A stretch of DNA of 64,000 bases. Source: the human T2T-CHM13v2.0 reference genome, Homo sapiens. Shown piece by piece: positions 14,320 through 27,407 of this stretch. The notes below the pieces were generated by a model, which saw nothing but the letters and a program-made list of their open reading frames with translations, was not told the origin of the DNA and did no database searches. The stretch lies in assembly GCF_009914755.1 (NCBI RefSeq), contig NC_060929.1. The stretch is one strand, 5' to 3'. The position numbers were made by a program, and so were the translations under genes. Each line of letters begins with the position of its first letter. Position 1 is the first letter of the stretch.

Positions 14320-14540
14320 AACGAGAGTGGGAATTTACTGGCTTACATAACCATGAAACCTCAAGGTAGGGTAGGCTTCCACAAAGTTGATTCAAATGTT
14401 TACAATGCATCAACAAAGTTGATTCAAATGTTTACAATACAATTCAAATATTTTTTGCAGTTCTCTCACCCCTACTCTCCAAAGTTTGTTGGCTTTTTCC
14501 TTGGACTGGCTTCTCTCACTTCTACTGGCTCCCAGAAGGG
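14320..14540 (-). mobile_element. Old ERVL/MaLR LTR fragment (LTR33/MLT1-like) with a 26-bp direct repeat
   Basis: GGGAATTTACTGGCTTACATAAC motif; ACAAAGTTGATTCAAATGTTTACAAT at 14381-14406 and 14413-14438. Confidence 0.45.
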
Positions 14541-14632
14541 TCAGCTTGCTCACATTTGACAAACAGGGCCACCCTGAAACTGCTATTCTAATCATCGCGT
14601 GGCTGGGAAAGTCAGGGTTGATAATAATAGAG

Positions 14633-14687
14633 CAGAAGTCTGCAAAGGAGGGCCTGCAGGTGAAATCCAGCCAGCTTCCTGTTTTGT
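14633..14687 (+). mobile_element. MER58A-like hAT terminus, truncated at the L1
   Basis: CAGAAGTCTGCAAA...GGCCTGCAGGTGAAATCCAGCCAGCTTCCTGTTTTGT resembles the MER58A 5' end. Confidence 0.55.
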
Positions 14688-17600
14688 TTGTTTGTTTTTA
14701 TTGTTATACTTTAAGCTCTGGGGTACATGCATAGAACTTGCAGTTTTGTTACATAGGTACACACGTGCCATGGTGGTTTGCTGCACCCATCACCTGTCTA
14801 CATTAGGTATTTCTCCTAATGCTATCCCTCCCCTAGCCCCCCACTGCCCTAGAGGCCCCGGTGTGTGAGGTTCCCCTCCGTGTCCACGTGTTCTCATTAT
14901 TCAGTTCCCACTCATCAGTGAGAACACGCAGTGTTTGGTTTTCTGTTCTTGTGTTAGTTTCCTGAAATGATGGTTTCCAGCTTCATCCATGTCCCTGCAA
15001 AGGACATGAACTCATCCTTTTTATGGCTGCATAGTATTCCGTGGTATATATGTGCTACATTTTCTTTATCCAGTCTATCATTGGTGGACATTTGGGTTGG
15101 TTCCAAGTCTTTGCTATTGTGAATAGAGCTGCAATAAACATACGGGTGCATGTGTCTTTTTAGTAGAATGATTTATAATTCTTTGGGTTTATAGCCAGTA
15201 ATGGGATTGCTGGGTCAAATGGTATTTTTAGTTCTAGATCCTTGAGGAATTGCCACACTGTCTTCCACAATGGTTGAACTAATTTACAGTCCCACCAACA
15301 ATGTAAAAGTGTTCCTATTTCTCCACATCCTCTCCAGCACCTCTTGTTTCCTGACTTTTTAATGATCGCCATTCTAACTGGTGTGAGATGGTATCTCATT
15401 GTGGTTTTGATTTGCACTTCTCTAATGACGAGTGATGATGAGTATTTTTTTCATACATTTGTCAGCTGCATAAATGTCTTCTTTTGAGACGTGTTTGTTC
15501 GTATCTTTTGCCCACTTTTTGATGGGGTTGTTTGTTTTTTTCTTGTAACTTTGTTTAAGTTCTTTGCAGATTCTGGATATTAGCCCTTTGTCAGATGGGT
15601 AGATTGCAAAAATTTTCTCCCATTCTGTAGGTTGCCTGTTTACTCTGATGGTAGTTTCTTTTGCTGAGCAGAAGCTCTTTAGTTTAATTAGATCCCATTT
15701 GTCTATTTTGGCTTCTGTTGCCTTTGCTTTTGGTGTTTTAGTCATGAAGTCCTTGCCCATGCCTATGGCCTGAATGGTATTGCCTAGGTTTTCTTCTAGG
15801 GTTTTTATGGTTTTGGGTCTAACATTTCAGTCTTTAATCCATCTTGAATTAATGTTTGTATAAGATATAAAGAAGGGATCCAGTATCAGCTTTTTACATA
15901 TGATTAGCCAGTTTTCCCAGCACCATTTATTAAATTGGGAATCTTTTCCCCATTTCTTGTTTTTGTCAGGTTTGTCAAAGATCAGATGGTTGTAGAAGTG
16001 TGGTGTTATTTCTGAGGCAACTGTTCTGTTCCATTCGTCTATGAATCTGTTTTGGTACCAGTACCACGCTGTTTTGGTTACTGCAGCCTTGTAGTATAGT
16101 TTGAAGTCAGGTAGCATAATGCCTCCAGCTTTCTTCTTTTTGCTTAGAATTCTCTTGGCTGTGTGGGCTCTTTTTTGGTTCCATATGAACTTTAAGGTAG
16201 TTTTTTCCAATTCTGTGAAGAAAGTCAGTGGTAGCTTGATGGGGATGGCATTAAATCTATAAATTACCTTGGGCAATATGGCCATTTTCACAATATTGAT
16301 TCTTCCTGTCCATGAGCATGGAATGTTCTTTCATTTGTTTGTGTCCTCTTTTATTTTGTTGAGCAGTGGTTTGTAGTTCTCCTCGAAGAGGTCCTTCATA
16401 TCCCTTGTAAGTTGGATTCCTAGGTATTTTATTCCCTTTGTAGCAATTGTGAATGGGAGTTCACTCGTGATTTGGCTCTCTGTCTGTTATTGGCCTATAG
16501 GAATGTTTGTGATTTTTGCACATTGATTTTGTATCCTGAGACTTTGCTGAAGTTGGTTATCAGCTTAAGGAGATTTGGGGCTGAGACGATGGGGTTTTCT
16601 AAACATACAATCATGTCATCTGAAAATAGGGCAATTTTACTTCCTCTTTTCCTAACTGAACACTATTTATTTCTTTCTCTTGCCTGATTGCCCTGGCCAG
16701 AACTTCCAATATTATGTTGAATGGGAGTGGTGAGAGAGGGCATCCTTTTCTTGTGCTGGTTTTCAAAGAAAATAGCTCTTATTCATAAATAGCTCTTATT
16801 ATTTTGAGATACGTTCCATTAATACCAATTTTATTGAGAGTTTTTAGCATGAAGCGATGTTGAATTTTGTCGAAGCCCTTTCCTGCATCTATAATCATAC
16901 GGTTTTTATCATTGGTTCTTTTTATTGATCCCTTTATCATTATGCCATGTCCTTTTTTGTCTCTTTTGATCTTTGTTGGTTTAAAGTCTGTCTTATCAGA
17001 GATTAGGATAGCAACTCCTGCTTTTTTTTTTTTTTTTTGCTTTCTATTTGCTTGGTAAATATTCCTCCATCCCTTTATTTTGAGCCTAGGTATTACGTTT
17101 ATTGATTTGTGTATGTTGAACCAGCCTTGCATCCCAGGGATGAAGCTGACTTAATCGTGGTGGGTAAGCTTTTTGATGTGCTGCTGGATTTGGTTTGCCA
17201 GTATTTTATTGAGGATTTTTGCATCAGTGTTCATCAGGGATATTGGCCTGAAATTTTCTTTTTTTGTTGTGTCTCTGCCAGGTTTTGGTATCAGGATGAT
17301 GTTCGCTTCATAAAGTGAGTTAGGGAGGAGTCCCTTTTTTCTGTTGTTTGGAACAGTTTCAGAAGGAATGGTACCAGCTCTCTTTGTACCTCTGGTGGAA
17401 TTTGGCTGTGAATCCTTCTGGTCCTGGACTTTTTTTGGTTGGTAGGCTATTAATTACTGCCTCTAATTCAGAACTTGTTATTGGTCTATTCAGGAATTCA
17501 CCTTCTTCCTGGTTTAGACTTGGGACGGTGTATGTGTCCAGGAATTTATCCATTTCTTCTAGATTTTCTAGTTTATTTGCATAGAGGTGTTTATAGTATT

Positions 17601-18913
17601 CTCCGATGGTAGTTTGTATTTCTGTCAGATCAGTGGTGATATCCCCTATATCATTTTTTATTGTGTCTATTTGATTCTTCTCTCTTTTTTTCTTTATTAG
17701 TCTGGCTAGTGGTCTATTTTGTTGATCTTTTCAAAAAACCAGCTGCTGGATTCATTAATTGTTTTTGAAGGGTTTTTCGTGTCTCTATCTCCTTCAGTTC
17801 TGCTCTGATCTTAGTTATATCTTGTCTTCTGCTAGCCTTTGAATTAGTTTGCTCTTGCTTCTCTAGTTCTTTTAATTTTGATGTTAGGCTGACTATTTTA
17901 GATCTTTCTTGCTTTCTCTTGTGGGCATTTAGTGCTATAAATTTCCCTCTACACACTGCTTTAACTGTGTCCCAGATATTCTGGCATGTTGTTTCTTTGT
18001 TCTCATTGGTTTCAATGAACATCTTTATTTCTGCCTTCATTTCGTTATTTACTCAGTAGTCATTCAGGAGCAGGTTGTTCAGTTTCCATGTAGTTGTGCA
18101 GTTTTGAGTGAGTTTCTTAATCCTGAGTTCTAATTTGATTGCACTGTGGTCTAAGAGACTGTTAGGATTTCCATTATTTGCCTTTGCTGAGGAGTGTTTT
18201 ACTTCCAATTTTGTGGTCAATTTTAGAAGTGTGATGAGGTGCTGAGAAAAATGTATATTCTGTTGATTTGGGGTGGAGAGTTCAGCAGATGTCTATTAGG
18301 TCCACTGGGTCCAGAGCTGAGTCCAAGTCCTGAATATACTTGTGAATTTTCCGTCTCATTGATCTGTCTGTCTAATACTGACAGTGGGTTGTTAAAGTCT
18401 CCCACTATTATTGTATGGGAGTCTAAGTCTCTTTGTAGGTCTCCAAGAGTTTGCTTTACGAATCTGGGTGCTCCTGTATTGCGTGCATATATATTTAGGA
18501 TAGTTAGCTCTTCTTGTTGCATCGATCCCTTTACCATTATACCGTGTCCTTCTTTGTCTCTTTTGATCTTTGTTGGTTTAAAGTCTGTTTTATCAGAGAT
18601 TAGGATTGCAACTCCTGCTTTTTTTTTGCTTTCTATTTGCTTGGTAAATATTCCTCCATCCCTTTATTTTGAGCCTATGTGTGTCTTTGCACATGAGATG
18701 GATCTCCTTAATACAGTACACTGATTGGTCTTGACTCTTTATCCAATTTGCCAGTCTGTCTTTTAATTGGGGCATTTAGCCCATTTACATTTAAGATTAA
18801 TATTGTTATGTGTGAATTTGATCCTGTTATTGTGAAGCTAGCTGGTTATTTTGCCTGTTAGTTGATGCAGTTTCTTCACAGTGTGGATGGTCTTTACAAT
18901 TTGGTATGTTTTT
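14681..18913 (-). mobile_element. L1PA7-like LINE-1, 5'-truncated at the end of ORF1
   Basis: 3'UTR TTATACTTTAAGCTCTGGGGTACATG; a series of L1 ORF2 peptide ORFs ([34 protein letters not shown]); inter-ORF spacer and ORF1 stop region near 18900. Confidence 0.95.
14901..18830 (-). pseudogene. Disrupted L1 ORF2 (EN-RT-C)
   Basis: Start codon mutated to ATA at 18830 (ATAACAGGATCAAATTCACAC); stop at 14901-14903; many stops and frameshifts. Confidence 0.85.
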
Positions 18914-19196
18914 CTCTTAATTAATAGCTGAGGTGGCTTACAGTCTACCCATAAAATGAGTATGCTGACTTAATATCTTAGAGAACAGGTAAATATTCTC
19001 CATTCTTTTCTGATCATATGTGCTGTAATTCTACCTTCTACATGGAACACCACTCATTTGTTTAATACTAGTTTTTTAAAATAATAAATCTTCAATTTAT
19101 TTGAAGCAATTCAGTTTCGAAATCTGAAGTTACAGCAGTCACACACACTAAAAAACAAGGAAAAGAAACAATAGAAGAATAATCAACAGTAGTGCA

Positions 19197-19527
<331 letters not shown>

Positions 19528-20379
19528 TAGTCAAAACACAGTTGCAATAAAGCATTAATCTCAAAGTTTTTAAGGAGTCATTCTTGAGAAATTTAACAGA
19601 TTATATACATACTGCCACACAAAGAACATTAAAACAGGACCAAAAACTTCTACAAAATATAAAACTCACTCTTACTTATTCGCATGAAAACACCACCCAC
19701 AAAGCTAAATAAGTCTTAAAAGTTATCTGGAGGCTCTCAGTGTTGTTTTCAAACCAAGCAACTCTAATTTTAGTTGCATAACAAGATGATTGATAAGAAA
19801 GTTAATGTATATATATATATAGGTTTCATTTTAAAAGTAAGTATTTTATAATCTGGCATAGTATGCAATGAGAATTCTTACGGACTAGAACAGGGCATTC
19901 TGATTGTTAAAATTAGAAGAAAAATGTTAGTCTTTTGGAGATTCCAATTCCCTCACTAAACTTGTCTCAAGCGTTTTATTTCAGTCAGTTGTGAAACTTT
20001 TTTAGTTTCTCCACAAATAACTTCATAATTTTTACTTTAAAACACCAAGTCATACATTTTAAACAGAAAAAGCAGCAGCAGTACTATACTAAGTAATTTA
20101 AATATGTCTCAGTATAGAAGTGTAACTAATTAATTTGCTGACACTAACTTTTAAAAAACTTATAAATATTCAAAACAGAAGGAAAGAGTTTCAGACAGCC
20201 AAGATTATAAAAGCAATTGCTTTAAACATGGAGCTTCCATGATAAAAAGGGAGAGGTACTTATCTATTCATTATATTTTATTTAGTAGTCACATTAAAAA
20301 CGCACACATTCACACTTTTCCCAAATATTTTTCTAATTTTAATGGAGATCCATCCACTTGAAAACAAATCCTAATTTAA

Positions 20380-22163
20380 TTTATTTTTTTTTGTTTTTTA
20401 TTATTTCTTTTTAAGTTTTTTAAAAAACTTTTAGGGATGGCAGTACATGTGCAGGTTTCTTATACAGGTAAACTTGTGTTATGGGGTTTGTTGTACAGAT
20501 TATTTCATCATCCAGGTACTACACCTAATAGTGAAGAGTTATTTTTTCTGCTGCTCTCCCTCCTTTCACCCTTCACCCTCAAATAAGCTCCAGTGTCTGA
20601 TGTTTCCTTCTTTGTATTCATGAGTTCTCATCATTTAGCTCCCACTAACAAGTGAGAACATGTGGTATTTGGTTTTCTTTTCCTGCACCAATTTGCTAAG
20701 AATAATAGCCTCCAGCTTCATCCATGTTCCTGTGAAAGACATCATCTTATTCTTTTTTATGGCTACATAGTATTCCATGGTATATATGTGCCACATTTTC
20801 TTTATTCATTCTTTTATTGATGGGCATTTAGGTTGATTCCATGTCTTTGCTATTGTGAATAGTGCTGCAATGAACATTCATGTGCATGTGTCTTTATGGT
20901 AGAGGGATTTATATTCCTTTGGGTATATACCCAGTAATAGGACTGCTGTGTTGAATGGTAGCTCTGTTTTTAGCTCTTTGAGGAATCACCATACTGCTTT
21001 TCACAATGGTTGAACTAATTTACATTCCCACCAACAGCGTATAAGAGTTCCCTTTTCTCCGCAACCTTGCCAGCATCTATTATTTTTTGACTTTTTAATA
21101 ATAGCCATTCTGACTGGTGTGACATGGTATCTCATTTTGGTTTTGATTTGCATTTCTCTAATGATCAGTGATACTGAGCTTTTTTTCATATGCTTGTTGG
21201 CCACAGGTATGTCTTTTGAAAAATATCTATTCATGTTTTTTGCCCACTTTTTAATGGAGTTGTTTGTTTTTCTTTTGTAAATTTGTTTAAGTTTCTTATA
21301 GATGCTGGATATTAGACCTTTGCCTGGTGCAGTTTGCAAATATTTTCTCCCATTCTGTAGATTGTCTGTTTATTCTGTTGATTGATAGTTTCTTTTGCTG
21401 TGTAGAGGCTTTTAAGTTTAATTAGATTCTATTTGTCAATTTTTCTTTTTTTTTGTTATTGCTTTTGACGTTTTCATCATTAAATCATTGCCCATTGCGA
21501 TGTCCAGGATGGTATTGCCTAGGTTGTCTTCCAGAGTTTTTTTATTTTTGGGGGGTTTTACATTTAAGTCTTTAATCCATCTTGAGGTGATCTTTGTATA
21601 TGGTATAAGGAGAGGATTCAGTTTCAATCTTCTGTATATGGCTAGCCAGTTATCTCAGCACCATTTATTGAATAGGAAGTCTTTTCTCCATTGCTTGTTT
21701 TTGTCAGCTTTGTCAAAGATCAGATGGTCATTGGTGTGTTGCCTTATTTCTGGGCTCTATATTCTCTTTCGTTGGTCTATATGTCTGTCTTTGTACCAGT
21801 ACATTGTTGCGTTGGTTACTGTAGCCACGTAGTATAGTTTGAAGTCAGGTAAGGTGATGCCTCCAGCTTTATTCTTTTCACTTAAGATTGTGTTGGCTAT
21901 TCAGGCTCTTTTATGGTTCCATATACATTTTTAAATATTTTTTTCTAGTTCTGTGCAGAAAGAATGTCATTGGTAGTTGGGTAGAAAAAGCCTTGAATCT
22001 GTAAGTTGCTTTGGGCAGTATGGCCATTTTAATGATATTGATTCTTCCTATTCATGAACATGGGTTGTTTTTTTCATTTGTTTGTGTCTTCTGTAATTTC
22101 TTTGAGCAGTGTTTTATAACTCTCATTGTAGAGATATTTCACCTCTCTGGTTTGTTGTATTCT
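20380..22163 (-). mobile_element. L1PA15-like LINE-1, 3' 1.8 kb
   Basis: 3'UTR GTACATGTGCAGGTTT...GAGTTCTCATCATTTAGCTCCCAC; ORF2 C-terminal peptides ([26 protein letters not shown]). Confidence 0.9.
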
Positions 22164-22164
22164 G

Positions 22165-24370
22165 TATTTGCAGAATGGTATCAAAATTACTTGAGAAACC
22201 AAATTAAAAATTTGACTTCAATGTCGTGCAGACAACATAACTGTGTACATAGAAAATTCAAAAGCATCTAATACACACACACACACACATTAAAACCAAT
22301 ACTTGAACTTAACGAGGTTGCAAAATACAAGTCCAAAATAAAAATAATCATTCATATGTAAAGTATATGTAAAATTATAAAATGCAATGTAAACTAGTTA
22401 AAACAGAGTTAAAAACAAACACAAAGTCTTTAGGGATATATTAAATGAAAAGTGTGAGAAGTGTAAAATGAAAACTACTAAACATTGCTAAGAGCAATTT
22501 AAAAATATCTAAATAAATGGAGATCTATAATGTAATCTTGGATTTCAAAATTCAATGTGAAGAATCAGTGCTCTTCAAGTTGAGCTATAGGTTCACTACA
22601 ATTCTAATCAATAATGATATCTTATTTCCCATATAAATAAGGTTAATTTAAAATTATTACTATGAAATATGCAAAGGGCCGAGAGTAGCTAAAAAAAATC
22701 TTGAAAAAGAACAAAATTGGATGATTACATGGCTTTATTAGAAGGGTTTTTTTAATGGAGCAATTAATATGGTATCCATGTAAGGATAGACAAATCAGTT
22801 AGTTGACATAATAGAAGGTAAGAAGTAGACATACGGTTGATTTTCTACAAACATGCCAAAACTATTCACTGGGTTATAATAGTCTTCTGAAGAAATGCTG
22901 CTAAAACATTTAAATACCTATGTGGTAAGGAAAAAAAAAAACACTTCAACTTCTATCTCACATCAAACATTTATTCAAGTTGGACACTAGACCTAAAACT
23001 ATGAGTTAATATACAAATTTTCTCATGGGAGTTTTGTGAGAATATCCTCATGGCCTTGATATGGGCAAATTTCTTTTTTTATAAGACATACATTCAAAAA
23101 GTAGTCACACGAAGTAAAACCTTCTGCTCATCAAAAACCAGAATTCAGAAACTGAATTGTATTAAGAATATATAAGGAATATGTATATTTGACAAATAAA
23201 ATGTGTCTAGGTTACACAATAAACTCCCATAACAAAATAATATGAGGAAAAAACAAATAGTCAAAAGTTAAAAAATGAGCACAAGGGCCAGGCGTGGTGG
23301 CTCATGCCTGTAAATCTCAGCACTTTGGGAGGCTGAGGTGGGTGGATCACCTGAGATAAGGAGTTTGAGACCAGCCTGGCCAACATGGCAAACCCCGTCC
23401 CTACTAAAAATACAAAAATTAGCTGGGCGTGGTGGTGCGCCCCTGTAGTCCCAGCTACTGGGGAAGCTGAGGCAGAGAATCGCTTGAACCTGGGAGGCAG
23501 TGGTTATGGGTGAGCCGAGATTGCACCACTGCACTCCAGCCTGGGTGATAGAGTGAGACTCTTGTATTAAAAAAAAAGAACAAAAGACTCATGTAAACAC
23601 TTTAGAAATGAAAATACATTACTGACTGATGAACTCATGAAAAAAGTATTCAAAAGAAGTCATTGGCAAAATGTAAACTCAAATCACAATTAGATACCAC
23701 TTCACATTCACAGAAAAGCTGATATTATAAAACTTACAATGTTGACAAAAAGACATATGTTGGCAAAGATGTGGAGCAGCTGGAAATCTTATATATTTCA
23801 GTGGCAGTGTAAAATTTCACAGCCACATTGGACAACTCTATTTTAATCCACTTTAAAAAAAGAAAAAACAACATCTACTAACCAACAAGAGCACTCCTGG
23901 TCATTTTTCCAGGTGAAATTAAAATTTATATATACAGAAAGACCTTCACAATATTTGTGTCATAATTTTGTTGATAATAGTCACAGAACTTAAAGCAACC
24001 CAATGTCTAAACAAATGGGGTATATTCATAGAATTTAATAATATATTAATTAAAAATTAATTGATTAGAAAAATTACTTTTGCTCTCAACAACATGAATG
24101 AATCTCAAAACATGTTGAGTAAAATAAGGCAGAAGATAAAAATGTGCATTCAATATGATTCAATTCTATGAAATTCACAGTTGGGCAAATTTTATCATGG
24201 TAGAAATTCAGCAAGTTGTATTTGGGGTCGAAGAGAGAAGATAGATTGGAAGCAGGAACAAAGACATTTTCTTAGATGACAGAAATGTTTTATACCTGGA
24301 TTACACTGTGGGTTAGATAGGGGAATATGCTTGTCAAAATTTATTAAACTGTAAAATTAACTGTATTGAA
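22165..24370 (+). mobile_element. Ancient L1M (L1ME/MD-like) 3' part
   Basis: GCAGACAACATAACTGTGTACATAGAAAA (RT region), GTTGGCAAAGATGTGGAGCAGCTGGAA, and an L1ME-type 3'UTR. Confidence 0.8.
23286..23577 (+). mobile_element. AluSx/Sz
   Basis: Full dimer with GGATCACCTGAG; degenerate TSD AAAAAATGAGCACAAG / AAAAAAAGAACAAAAG. Confidence 0.93.
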
Positions 24371-24864
24371 GATACTCATCAACCAATAAGAAATAAAAAA
24401 TTAGAGAAATTATGATTCTATATAGCAATTAAATGGAATATTAAAATTTTGAAATAAAAAGACTAAAATATTTGCCTTGTTTCCTAAAAAAACTGAAGAT
24501 TATTCAAACATTTGAATAGAAGTTCATGTGTTAAAAATTTGAGAATAATTCTTGAGGTTTGAAAGAGTTGATAACTGATTCTTTTTCATCTACCGATCAT
24601 ACCATGGATCTAATTAAATAATAAGTGCATATATCTAGGAAATAGATCAAAATAGTTCTTTTGTTATGTGTGAAGTTACACTACTAGGAGAATATAAATT
24701 AGGTTAGTGACAACAATGGGCTTCTGAATGTTTAACCTTAAATTAAATGTGTGTGTTTACTTAGTAACTGTCACCACTAGTCAGTCACATATCCCACTAC
24801 AAGGGCCGGGCCTTTCCCCCTAAAGTGACTGTATAGCCAACAGAAGATAAGTAAGGAGTATGTC

Positions 24865-25000
24865 TTCAGAGAGAAAGATTTTTGAGAGAGACAAGATTTT
24901 TGAGAGAGAAAGAAGAGATGCAGGAAGAAGAGAAGGAAGTCAGGGACGGTGATAGGGAAAGAAAGAAAGTGAGAAAGGAGAAGCAGAGACAAAGAGAAAT
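24865..25000. repeat. GA-rich tract with 18-bp tandem repeat
   Basis: AAGATTTTTGAGAGAGA twice with an 18-nt period, followed by a purine-rich run. Confidence 0.75.
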
Positions 25001-25589
25001 AAATTTCAGTATGACTCTAACTGGAAAGAGCATTGCTACTTAGATATGAAAGTGGCATATTATTAATCTTGCAATCTGCGAATCACAGTAAATTTGGAAT
25101 CTATCTTATGTCTGTTTTAATCTACCCCGAATACCTCATTTTTCTTAATCTTTTCAATAATCATGTTTAATATCAACTATATATAAGCAGCATAGCTTAT
25201 TATATAATTTCTGATCAAACATAAATTTATATTATTTTAGGCAGTTGTTCTGATTACTAGGATTGATCTAATAATTTATGCTCTGAAGTAATTTAACAGA
25301 AGGTCTGTGTCTTTCATTTATTTTTATTTTGTATTAGTGCCAATTAGTATTTTCTACTAACTTGAACTAGTGTTAAGGAATACAGTATGGGGAGTATAGT
25401 GAGGAAACCTACTTAACTGTTAAAGAATAAACTTCAGTCCTTTTGTTCTAGGTATCTTTTCATTTGAGGAACAGCTATCTTCAGAAGCTTGATAAAATAT
25501 CTACCACTTAACATTGAACAAATGAGTGCTCTCTAGTTTGTAATTTGCATTTTTAATAATGTCTAGTAATTATTTCCTGTTAAAATGTT

Positions 25590-25810
25590 ACTTATTAAAT
25601 TAACAAAGATTTATGAAGCTCCTGACATGCCCCCCAAATTGTTCTAATTGTTTAGGACAAAGCAGAGATGAAACAAAGTCCTTATGCTCACAAAGCTTAT
25701 TTTTCAATAGAAGAGACTAAAAATAACTAAAAAAGGAAACACAAACATTGCGTAATGTTAGATTCTCGTAAGTGATATGATAAAAAAATAAGAGTTGGGT
25801 AAGAGCTATC
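25590..25810 (-). mobile_element. L2 3' end
   Basis: AACAAAGATTTATGAAGCTCCT...AAACAAAGTCCTTATGCTCACAAAGCTTAT resembles the reverse L2a terminus. Confidence 0.7.
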
Positions 25811-25849
25811 CAGTGGGGAGTAATCTGAAGAGTTAGTTAGGCATGGCTG

Positions 25850-26137
25850 ACCACCTCAAAGGGAAGAAAGGAGAAAAGAGGGCTATGACCCACTTAACCA
25901 CACGATTTACCAGAACCATCAAAACGTGTGGCCCATGTTTTGATAGAAATCTAGATTTTTGAATGTGCTTCCTTTGCCAGAAAACTTCAGCAAAATACAT
26001 TGAATTTGAATGACTTTAGGTTGGGTATACATTTCCAGTTTGCTACAGGCACTACAACTCTATTCCCAGCTTTCCGATGCTTGTGTGAGATTATATATTT
26101 ACTTTGTCACCCATAAGCACTGACTTTTTTACATTGA
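25850..26137 (-). mobile_element. MER102-like hAT element
   Basis: TGAATTTGAATGACTTTAGG...TCCAGTTTGCTACAGGCACTACAACTC resembles reverse MER102. Confidence 0.5.
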
Positions 26138-27407
26138 GATATTAGGCAAATAACTACTATTTAAATAAGGCTTGACTTTTTCATATGAAATGAAATATTA
26201 CAAGTATACGAAGAAAAAAGCTATTAATGAAATTCTGATTTAAAAAGAAAGAGTTTTGAAGGTTTTATGTCCTGTCTGCATTATTAAATTATCAATTTCA
26301 CATGCCCTATATTGTCAGCTCAATGTTCTTTCTGTCATTCATTTCTTTATATTTATTTTTATTGGCCCCTAATAATAGAAAGTCATTTCTATTCTAGAAG
26401 ATGGCCTTGCCCCATATCTAAATAATAGGTGCTATGCAACCAACTGAGACAGATCTTGACAGTTGTAATCTGGAAGCTCCACAATGGTCTTGGATTGATA
26501 GCGGCTGGTAAATGAGGGTTGCAATCCACCTTGACAACATCATCGAAAGTGATATTTATTATATGAAGAAAGTTTCAGAATCTAAGTTATATCTAGAAAT
26601 GATTCTTGAAACATTGTCACATATTTAGGCCTCAGCACTTCAGTACTTTGTGGTTTCATTCTCTTATACCCAGTGATGTGTTAGTGAGATAGACTCGGAG
26701 GCTTTAGAACAGTATCTGTGTCTTAGGTAACTTTTTTCACCTCTGACTGTCACTATATTTCATTTAAACTCTGGGTCTGAGTATTGTGCTGATTCCTTTG
26801 TAAGGTGTAGGAAAGTCTTTAGGTTAAAATAGTCTTGTGAATCAATGCCTATTCAAACTGCATTTTTATGCCCCAGAACTTTAACATTAGCTTTCATATC
26901 TGTGACCATTTTTATGCAATCCTTCATATTATTTAACTCCCCTTTCATTTAATATGAAAAATATTCACAATTACTTACCATAGCAACCACTGTAGAAATA
27001 GATTCAACTGCCAAGACTGGCATAAAGTTCACAGTTGATATAACCATCCAAACAGTTTGCAACATGACCCTGTGTAATTATTTTAAGGCTTTTGCATCCT
27101 GATGAGAACAGTGAATGCATGAGGAATGAGATTTGCTTTTAATCAGCCCACATGAATATCACCATCATCAACAACAACAATAATTACTAAAACTATCTTG
27201 AGTGCTTCCATATAGGACCCAATGCTACACTTCATGAAATATTATATTCCATAGTAAATATGAAATATTAATTTCTTAATGATGTAAAATGCTACAGATG
27301 CTTACGTTATATGTACATACACATGCACAATTAGATGGTGAATTGCAGAACACAAAGGAGAAAAAAACATGTAATCTGAATACACAAGCCTATCATCCAA
27401 ATCAGTA

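Noticed and set aside
16779-17132. In-frame RT-EN-RT chimeric ORF as a novel protein
   Set aside because: The frame depends on an unstable poly(T) run and the surrounding ORF2 is full of stops; kept only as a DNA rearrangement finding.
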